Shown in pieces: positions 1-6,436 of a DNA stretch of 64,000 nucleotides. The notes under the pieces were generated by a model. The model searched no databases and had not been told where the DNA came from. It worked only from the letters and a program-made list of their open reading frames with translations. The translations under genes were made by a program, and so were the position numbers. Numbering within the stretch: position 1 is the first letter of the stretch; every line of letters begins with the position of its first letter. The stretch is from an uncultured Gammaproteobacteria bacterium (lineage in GTDB: Bacteria > Patescibacteriota > Microgenomatia > CAYXHB01 > CAZYTL01), in assembly GCA_964650355.1 (NCBI GenBank), contig CAZYTL010000006.1:11019-75018 (forward strand). The letters run 5' to 3'.

Positions 1-313
1 CCTCGATCTGGCTGGCCTCTTCACACAGTTTTAAAATGTTAGATCCTTCAATATGAACGGCTTTTCTTAGTAATTCGTCTTTTGTCTGATTGGTATCTTG
101 AAGATGTTTTTCAAGGGAGGCCTGGTCTTTTTGTGCTTCCTCTGGGGTTAGTATACCGTCGCTAATTTCCTTTTCTAGTTCCTTCTTGCGAAGAAAAGTG
201 AAAGACAGCTCTCCCATGACATCTGCGTGTCTTTGGGATAAGAGATCATCATAAGAAGTTTCTCTAATTCTGGGTTGTTTTTCTTTATCTTGTTGAGCTT
301 CGTCGTCAGCCAT
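1..313 (-). CDS. hypothetical protein; 5' end complete, 3' end runs off the window
   Basis: Minus-strand ATG at 311-313 opens a frame that stays open to position 1 (MADDEAQQDKEKQPRIRE...). No family recognised. Confidence 0.4.
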   Translation of the reverse strand, partial: MADDEAQQDKEKQPRIRETSYDDLLSQRHADVMGELSFTFLRKKELEKEISDGILTPEEAQKDQASLEKHLQDTNQTKDELLRKAVHIEGSNILKLCEEASQIE

Positions 314-362
314 AATGTTGATTATGAATTCAAACTGATGATTATTTTAAAGTATAACATTT

Positions 363-644
363 TTAATGGGTAACTTCACTTAAGGCTTCTTTAAAGGTCC
401 TTATGCCCCAGACAACGGCTCCCCTGGCCCACATAAAGGCCAGATATCCAGCTAAACCGCCAACGGCTAATAAAGAACCTCGGGTAATACCTGGGATATC
501 TAACGGAATTCGAGCTGGTATATTCCTGGGGAGGGCAACGATAGATGGTCTGTTTTCTGTTATCGGTGGTAAATAGGCGGCTATTTCGGGACGCATATAA
601 GTGATTGAATAAATGAATTTAATCCTATAGCTATAATTATACAA
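363..644 (-). CDS. small hypothetical membrane protein
   Basis: 93-aa ORF with a hydrophobic stretch (GSLLAVGGLAGYLAFMWA). The true start may be the internal Met (MRPEIAAYL). Confidence 0.3.
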   Translation of the reverse strand: MYNYSYRIKFIYSITYMRPEIAAYLPPITENRPSIVALPRNIPARIPLDIPGITRGSLLAVGGLAGYLAFMWARGAVVWGIRTFKEALSEVTH

Positions 645-754
645 TAAATGGTGATTTTGTCAACTTTTTTCTGCCTCTCTTAATCCGGTTTAAGGTTGAT
701 GATGTTGTTACTGATGGTCACAACTAATTACCAGGTCAAGAGTGGATGGACGGA

Positions 755-988
755 TTAAGTTGTGGCAGTAAGTCCTTTGGTGCCCCGGCCGTTAATTAAC
801 TCACGGATGCCTAAGGATGCGAATACTCCAAAGATGGCTAGGGATAGAGCTGGGGTGAGCAGTTTGACGCGGGTGGCGAGGAATTCTTTGATATCGAGGT
901 TTGTTAACGCGCCCCATTGGAGATTAATTGTTTCATGAAGTTGTCGGCCATCCCCTACTGGTGATGAGAGGGATTCTTTGGGTGACAT
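755..988 (-). CDS. small hypothetical membrane protein
   Basis: 77-aa ORF with a C-terminal hydrophobic segment. No recognisable family. Confidence 0.3.
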   Translation of the reverse strand: MSPKESLSSPVGDGRQLHETINLQWGALTNLDIKEFLATRVKLLTPALSLAIFGVFASLGIRELINGRGTKGLTATT

Positions 989-1095
989 TTTTTATACTTT
1001 GATTACCCTGTAATCCCTTAATTATATAGGACCGCGTCAAGCAATTTAAGTAGTGATAAATAAATTTATGTTTGATGATATAAGAACCTATAATA

Positions 1096-1124
1096 TTGAC
1101 GCTTTAGGGTTCTTATGATATAGT
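1096..1124 (+). promoter_or_regulatory. sigma70-like promoter candidate (TTGACG-N17-TATAGT) at the head of a ~400-bp ORF-poor stretch
   Basis: TTGACG at 1096-1101 and TATAGT at 1119-1124. No plus-strand ORF follows until 1482, so this could drive a small RNA. Confidence 0.25.
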
Positions 1125-1464
1125 GGCGGGGAGTTAGTCTGTTTTAACAAATTTAAGGATGGAAAGACATTGTTTTGTTCGTTCATTACGAGATTAAGCC
1201 ACTAATGGCCTGATGGTCAGGGTGGTTTTTTAGTGGAAACCGTCTGTTCTTTGCCACCCGGATCTGATGTGCCGGATAAAAAAATAACCGATAATCAAAT
1301 ATTAGGTCACAGTTGGTATTTTTAACGCTAATTGTGAGACTCGCTCTTTAATAATTGAATAGTAGTAGGGAAGCTGGAATGTTTGAGGCTACTCGCGCAA
1401 ATTGGTCAATTGGCTGATTTTTTTGCGGTTTAGTTTCTCGAACCTTCTTTTTCCCTACTACCGC

Positions 1465-1493
1465 AACCACGTTCAGTTTACATGAACGTGGTT
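1465..1493. repeat. perfect 11-bp inverted repeat AACCACGTTCA-N7-TGAACGTGGTT
   Basis: Read directly from the sequence. It lies between the 3' end of the GIY-YIG gene and the upstream non-coding stretch, with no flanking U-run. It could be an operator or an RNA hairpin. Confidence 0.4.
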
Positions 1494-1615
1494 AAAAGGA
1501 TGTTTTTAACAGTCCCCTACTCTTTCGTTGGGGATTTTGGGAAAAGAAGTTTTTATTGGCTGAGCGAAACCAAGTCTGACTTGGCAGAGTCGAAGCCGCC
1601 TGATGATAATATTTT

Positions 1616-1885
1616 TTACCAATTTTGTTTCCACTCACCGGTGATTAGTTTTTCTTTTTTGGATCTGCTCCAACCTTGAATTTGTTTTTCACGCATTCTG
1701 GCTAATTCCAAGTTTTCATATTCTTCCAGATAGATGATTTTTACAAATCCGTGTTTACTAGTGTATTGGGAACCCTTACCTGATTGATGTTGGAATTCAC
1801 GGTGAGCAGGATTCCAGGTCATTCCCGTGTAATATGATTTGTCCGCACATAAAGCAATACAGACATACCACTTCCATTTAGTCAT
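1616..1885 (-). CDS. GIY-YIG nuclease superfamily protein (YhbQ/UPF0213-like)
   Basis: WYVCIALCADKSYYTGMTWN...REFQHQSGKGSQYTSKHG...KIIYLEEYEN...EKQIQGWSRSKKEKLI matches the short stand-alone GIY-YIG family motif pattern. Confidence 0.75.
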   Translation of the reverse strand: MTKWKWYVCIALCADKSYYTGMTWNPAHREFQHQSGKGSQYTSKHGFVKIIYLEEYENLELARMREKQIQGWSRSKKEKLITGEWKQNW

Positions 1886-1904
1886 GATCTCAGTTTATCA
1901 CTTC

Positions 1905-1940
1905 GACATGCTCAGTGAATAAACTGAGGAATTCTTTTTC
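1905..1940 (-). repeat. TTATTCACTGAGC...GTCGAAG leader/repeat element, minus-oriented copy just upstream of the GIY-YIG start
   Basis: The reverse complement of 1908-1934 reads tttattcactgagcatgtcgaagtg. The same motif family occurs twice at 3479-3652 in plus orientation. Confidence 0.4.
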
Positions 1941-2123
1941 CAGAATCCCCAATGAAAGGAGGTTGGGGCCTTAGGCAACCCAGAAAGTCCGGGTTTGCCA
2001 GGTGGGATGGCTGCGACGACCCACCCTCCCCAAAGGGGAGCAGGATTTCTGCCTGAGGGCTGATGTCCGAGTCGCAATGGATCGCGAAGCAATAGTTTCC
2101 CCGATGAGGGGAAGGAGGAAATC

Positions 2124-3119
2124 ATGAATAAGAAGCTTCGCCAACTGGGGATCGTCGCCACCGGCGTGGCGATCCTCGGGGTTTTTCTGATCGCCGGTAT
2201 CGCGTTTGCACAAGGACCCGCCGAGGAGGCGCGAACCGATGTCACCTTCTTAGCAAGAGGTGGCGCCTACACATTCACCGTCAAGAGTGGACACGAAGTC
2301 ACCTTGACGGACTTTCAAAACCCCGCCCCCCCAATGACGGCGACGCTCCGGGCGATGTCGCCGTTTAGTTTTACACTGACGGCGCCCGGTGAGCCCCCGG
2401 ACCAGGGAATCGGCAAGACGGAGTCGAGAACCGACCCATTCACGGCCGAGTTCCCGGTCGCCCCCGGGGCGACCATCGGAGTCGAGCGGGCTGATGTCCA
2501 AATCCGCCTGGAAGTGGCCGGTGCCGCCCATTTTGTTTTGGCGGATCGGCCTACCACGGAGCCCACGCCCACCCCGGCCGTCACACCCACCGTCCAGGTC
2601 GGCCGGACCCTCGTCCGCACCACCGGCCCCATCACCTTAACAAAAGGTGTGACGCACACAGTAGTGCTCACACCGAGCGAAGGGGAGCGGTGGGGGTTGG
2701 CCGTCCCCACTGGCACGGTCAGGGTCGAAATGGCCAGCGACGGGGCCTTTGGGTTCGGGGACAGTCTGGCGACCCCAGGCGCCGGGGGGTCGGCCACCCT
2801 CCACGCTGCCTTCGGCCCCGGCAGCGTCGACACCGCGCCAATCGTCACCACCCGGTCTGGGCAGAAGGTGACCGTCACCTTAGTGGCGGACACCGACGTG
2901 ATTGCCACCTGGGTGCGGGACGTGCCGGTGGCGGGCGAGACGCCGAAGGCCAAGCCCGGAACGATGCCGGGGACCTCGGGTGTTTTTGGCCCCAACGGAG
3001 GCAACCCCGAGGAGGGACCAGAGGTGGCCGGCCAGGATGAGCCTGACTTTCCGCCGCCATGGTGTGCTGGTGGCCTACTGCCCTTGGGGGCAGTGGTCTT
3101 CGCCAGTCGGCGGCGATAG
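2124..3119 (+). CDS. secreted Thr/Pro/Gly-rich surface protein with signal peptide and a C-terminal W-C-A-G-G/hydrophobic/RRR anchor (PEP-CTERM/MYXO-CTERM-like sorting signal); encoded in a high-GC island
   Basis: - A strong SD (GGAGG) sits 8 nt upstream of the ATG.
- The N-terminus (MNKKLRQLGIVATGVAILGVFLIAGIAFAQ) is a classic signal peptide.
- The C-terminus reads PPPWCAGGLLPLGAVVFASRRR.
- The region is markedly GC-rich compared with its flanks.
- Large minus-strand ORFs over the same region are treated as shadow ORFs. Confidence 0.6.
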   Translation: MNKKLRQLGIVATGVAILGVFLIAGIAFAQGPAEEARTDVTFLARGGAYTFTVKSGHEVTLTDFQNPAPPMTATLRAMSPFSFTLTAPGEPPDQGIGKTESRTDPFTAEFPVAPGATIGVERADVQIRLEVAGAAHFVLADRPTTEPTPTPAVTPTVQVGRTLVRTTGPITLTKGVTHTVVLTPSEGERWGLAVPTGTVRVEMASDGAFGFGDSLATPGAGGSATLHAAFGPGSVDTAPIVTTRSGQKVTVTLVADTDVIATWVRDVPVAGETPKAKPGTMPGTSGVFGPNGGNPEEGPEVAGQDEPDFPPPWCAGGLLPLGAVVFASRRR

Positions 3120-3186
3120 TCACCGTTCGGGAGCCTGACGGCCGCCTCCCTGGCCGGATGTACCGGCCCGAGGGCTCCTGGACCCA

Positions 3187-3217
3187 GACAGGGGGGTACT
3201 TCTGGTGCCCCCCTGTC
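3187..3217 (+). terminator. GC-rich hairpin (GACAGGGGGG-N11-CCCCCCTGTC) downstream of the high-GC gene
   Basis: Perfect 10-bp stem read directly from the sequence, 68 nt after the stop at 3119. Confidence 0.5.
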
Positions 3218-3478
3218 AGTAAGCATCCTTTTCCTCCGATATGCTTCGGAGGACCTGACCAGGTATTTTCGCTTTCACCACTAGCGGTGAAATGGTTTGA
3301 AAATATCCCTCAGGTAGCGGTAGTAGGGGCTTACTTGAGAAATCAATACCGTTTCGAAGTTTCCCCCAAAGGGACCTCTTCGGGGACGTTTCAAGATAAT
3401 CTATTGATTTTTCAAGGGAGCCTAAGAAAGTAGTTTCAGGCTGTTTGTTTCAAGTTAATATAACTGACTCTTTAACGA

Positions 3479-3560
3479 TTTATTCACTGAGCGCAACGTA
3501 GTGAAGTCGAAGTGTTGATAGGGCTTCGACTACGCCAAGTCAAACTTGGCTTCGCTCAGC
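3479..3560 (+). repeat. structured repeat element copy 1 (TTATTCACTGAGCG...CGCTCAGCC, with internal GTCGAAG/CTTCGAC and CCAAGT/ACTTGG hairpins)
   Basis: Nested inverted repeats read directly from the sequence. It is tandem with copy 2 and lies upstream of the 3672 operon. Confidence 0.5.
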
Positions 3561-3579
3561 CAATAATTACTATTATCCA

Positions 3580-3652
3580 CTTATTCACTGAGTGAGCGTA
3601 GCGAATCGAAGTAAAGGCTTCGATTCAGCAAAGCTTCACTCAGCCGATATTA
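3580..3652 (+). repeat. structured repeat element copy 2 (TTATTCACTGAGTGAGCG...CTTCACTCAGCC)
   Basis: Shares the 5' TTATTCACTGAG motif and the hairpin architecture with copy 1. It ends 20 nt before the start codon at 3672. Confidence 0.5.
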
Positions 3653-3671
3653 ATTTCCAAATTCAAAATTC

Positions 3672-6386
3672 ATGCCAAGTAAAGAAACATCATCATCATT
3701 CAGACGGCGGGTTTGGGAGCAAACCAGGGAAACCCTGCCACCGGCTCTGGCTGGTGCGGGTACCAGGCTGGCAGTGGATGCCGGACTGACCTATTTGGGC
3801 GCAGCTACCTTTCCGGCTACAGCAGTAGCGGTAGGGATCGGCAGTGCAGTGCGCAAAGGAATAGTGGAAGGCAGGAGAAGGAGAAAAAGTACCAAAGGGT
3901 TTTATAACTATCAAGTGACTCGCCATGAAAAAGCTCATGAGCAACCATGGAACGAGGGATGGATTGGAAAAAGATTAGTCAGAGGCGTGAAACGGTTAGC
4001 GGATAATGTGGCGCACGGAACTGAAATGAGGATTACCCAGAAAGCTTTTGATGTGAGGATGAACAAATTTATGGTTGAGTATGCGGCGGAGCACACAACC
4101 TCTTTAAAGGAAGATATTCCAGTTAGCTGCAGAGAATTAGCGATGAATGAATTAAGGAACGAGATAGCTCAGTTAGATCCTCAGATTTCTCGAGCCAGCG
4201 GAAAAGCAAAGCATGAGTTACTATTAGAAAAACACGAACCAATTGATAGCAGAACGAAAGATTTGATAGGAGAGCAGGCTGAAAAAGTAAAGGCTTTCTT
4301 CTTGAGAGTGGCCAGAACAGGTGCTGGGCCAGAAGCGTCAGAAGAGGTAGTGAGTCAATATGCGACTGAAATGGTCAAAGAGAAGTTAATTAATTTCTCT
4401 ATGGCGCATTTAACAGCGGGAAGGAATCAAGAGGTAAAGAATCGGGCTAACGACCTGTATATGGCTTACTACAGAGCCGCTGAAGATTTGGTAGGTGGAG
4501 AAGAGGAAATGAGGTCAATCAGAGATGAAATTTGGCAGGCGATTAAGAAAGAGAGAGCGAGCGCGGGTAAAAAAGCGGTGCGAAGAATAGCCGCAGTGCA
4601 ATTGGCAAAAGGACCGGTTAAATTTTACGCAGGCGGGTTCCTGGCAAGAAAAATAGTCCAAGGAGCCCAGTGGGCAAAAGAGACGTGGGGAATTTCCGCA
4701 CCTCAAGTTCCAGAACCAGTGCATGATGCGGCGCAAAAGGTAGTCAAGAAGGTAAAGCAGGTTTGGAACTGGGTGCGAGGTAAAGGGAATCAGCATCATG
4801 AATTGCCACCGCCTAGTGACCCCAGGAACGTGCAACCCGGAGGATTGGAGTCAGCCAGTTCACCCCTAGCTGATGGTGCCAGACCAGGAGCCGGAGGGCT
4901 GGTAAGAGGAACGGAAAATCAACCTGTTGTAATGGCGATTAATGTGCCTCAAGGAGGGACCCTGTCCGGTGCTTTGGCTGATGCAGGAGTGATTAGTCCG
5001 GATTTTACCCAAGCCGGCAGCGGAGAGGAATTTTTAAAAGCCGTCCAGGATTATTGTGTGGGTTGCGGCAAATTAACCCCTGAGCAACTACAGGAATTGC
5101 AGACAGCGATTAGAAAGGATCCCAACATTTCATTGGGGCAGTTATGGCATGAATATCCGGGGCCTTTTACAGGCTTAAATCATGTCGATCCCGGTGAGGA
5201 GATTGTAACTCACGTGAGTCACCGAGGGCCGAGTGTAGCCTATCCCCTACTCGAACACCCAGCAGTTAATCCGCCTGACCCGGCTCACATACCCGCACAG
5301 GAGGCGCCTATTTTATATAAATATGTGGAAGTGAATGAACACGGACAAAAAGTATTCAAATTGGTGCCGGTCAACTCTGCTGATCAACCAGCGGAGGCAG
5401 CGCACCAAATGGCCACGGAAACCCTGCCTCAACCGCTACAGACGATGGCGAATAATGCCCCGGCCAGGGTGCCGACAATGAATTCGACCGCGAACCTAAC
5501 GACAACGGAGCCTGAAGTTAAATATCGGTATGTTAAGGTAAGGGTTCACGGACAAGAAGAGTTCGTGTTGCAGCCGGTTTCTCATGATCCCTCATTACCA
5601 GAGAGTGCGGACAACGCCCCGACACAGGTGGTTGACCAGTCAACCCAAGCGAGGACTGAAACGGTTCTACCGGCACATAACAGACAACCAGTGAGGGTTG
5701 AACATCCCAGACCAGAGAATTTAACTAGACAACTGATTCATGGGGCACCAGAGAGACACAGCGAGGCCTTGGTTCAAGTTGATTTTAACCGGCCGGGAGC
5801 TAATGGGGGAATAAAATTTAGTTCAAACCTGCCTGAGTTAAGTCCTCCAGCTGGGGTGAGCATGAAATACCGACCAATTGCTTTTGGCCACTTTGACGTG
5901 TTTAACGGAACTAATTACGACGCGTTAAATAATCCAGCTCAGGATGGAATTACTGTTTATGGAAATACCCAATTGACTGGCTTACCAGGTGAGCGGGTTG
6001 GGCTGTTAACCTGTGCTGATTTAGGTAAATCCAGAACGGTGTTAGAGTTCGTGTCGGAATCAACCGTGGACCCTTTGACCCAAGTGGACGCAAATCCGAC
6101 AGTGTTAGTCAGTCATGCTGACGGCTGGTATCATCAAAATAAGCCTAACGAGAAAGAATGGTGGTATGCGCTGTTTGAAATATTCCGCCGAGCGGCAAAG
6201 AATGCTTATGAAGCAACCGGATCGACTTATGGACAATGGGTGGATTTAGACAGTGGAATTAAGGTTTATTTGACTAATCAAGAAGGGAACGTGTTAGTTT
6301 ATACAGCCCGTCGGGCTTTTGTGTTTGAAAATGACAATATTGATGATGTCGACATTAATGATGTGATGGAGATGTTGAAGAACTAA
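3672..6386 (+). CDS. large hypothetical protein (904 aa) with an internal tandem YxYVxVxxHGQxxFxLxPV repeat
   Basis: Long uninterrupted ORF. The N-terminal third is helical and charged. Two tandem about 45-aa repeats (ILYKYVEVNEHGQKVFKLVPVNSADQP and VKYRYVKVRVHGQEEFVLQPVSHDPS). No signal peptide and no recognised catalytic motif. Confidence 0.7.
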   Translation: MPSKETSSSFRRRVWEQTRETLPPALAGAGTRLAVDAGLTYLGAATFPATAVAVGIGSAVRKGIVEGRRRRKSTKGFYNYQVTRHEKAHEQPWNEGWIGKRLVRGVKRLADNVAHGTEMRITQKAFDVRMNKFMVEYAAEHTTSLKEDIPVSCRELAMNELRNEIAQLDPQISRASGKAKHELLLEKHEPIDSRTKDLIGEQAEKVKAFFLRVARTGAGPEASEEVVSQYATEMVKEKLINFSMAHLTAGRNQEVKNRANDLYMAYYRAAEDLVGGEEEMRSIRDEIWQAIKKERASAGKKAVRRIAAVQLAKGPVKFYAGGFLARKIVQGAQWAKETWGISAPQVPEPVHDAAQKVVKKVKQVWNWVRGKGNQHHELPPPSDPRNVQPGGLESASSPLADGARPGAGGLVRGTENQPVVMAINVPQGGTLSGALADAGVISPDFTQAGSGEEFLKAVQDYCVGCGKLTPEQLQELQTAIRKDPNISLGQLWHEYPGPFTGLNHVDPGEEIVTHVSHRGPSVAYPLLEHPAVNPPDPAHIPAQEAPILYKYVEVNEHGQKVFKLVPVNSADQPAEAAHQMATETLPQPLQTMANNAPARVPTMNSTANLTTTEPEVKYRYVKVRVHGQEEFVLQPVSHDPSLPESADNAPTQVVDQSTQARTETVLPAHNRQPVRVEHPRPENLTRQLIHGAPERHSEALVQVDFNRPGANGGIKFSSNLPELSPPAGVSMKYRPIAFGHFDVFNGTNYDALNNPAQDGITVYGNTQLTGLPGERVGLLTCADLGKSRTVLEFVSESTVDPLTQVDANPTVLVSHADGWYHQNKPNEKEWWYALFEIFRRAAKNAYEATGSTYGQWVDLDSGIKVYLTNQEGNVLVYTARRAFVFENDNIDDVDINDVMEMLKN

Positions 6387-6436
6387 ATATTGCCTTAGTT
6401 ATTTAAGTTATATACAATAAATATTGAATCTGAAAT

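Noticed and set aside
1482-1679. Plus-strand 65-aa ORF
   Set aside because: Its start lies inside the 1465-1493 palindrome and it runs antisense into the 3' end of the GIY-YIG gene. There is no SD.
1983-1993. GAAAGTCCGGG followed by GCCAGGT, reminiscent of the RNase P RNA P4 region
   Set aside because: Only about 20 nt of similarity. The surrounding 180 nt is immediately followed by a bona fide SD and ORF, and no P1-P3/P10-P12 architecture could be traced by eye. It is kept only as part of the structured-leader note.
1898-3226. Large minus-strand ORFs (1898..2245, 2315..3226, 2875..3123) across the high-GC island
   Set aside because: High GC suppresses stop codons on all frames. The plus-strand ORF 2124..3119 has a strong SD, a signal peptide and a C-terminal anchor. 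The minus ORFs are low-complexity (P/R/G/A-rich) and lack start context, so they are treated as shadow ORFs.
3059-3433. Plus-strand 124-aa ORF after the high-GC gene
   Set aside because: It spans the GC-rich terminator hairpin and the hairpin-rich non-coding region, and there is no SD.
3479-3652. Possible CRISPR array (tandem hairpin repeats)
   Set aside because: There are only two copies, which are not identical and of unequal length. There are no regular spacers and no cas genes.
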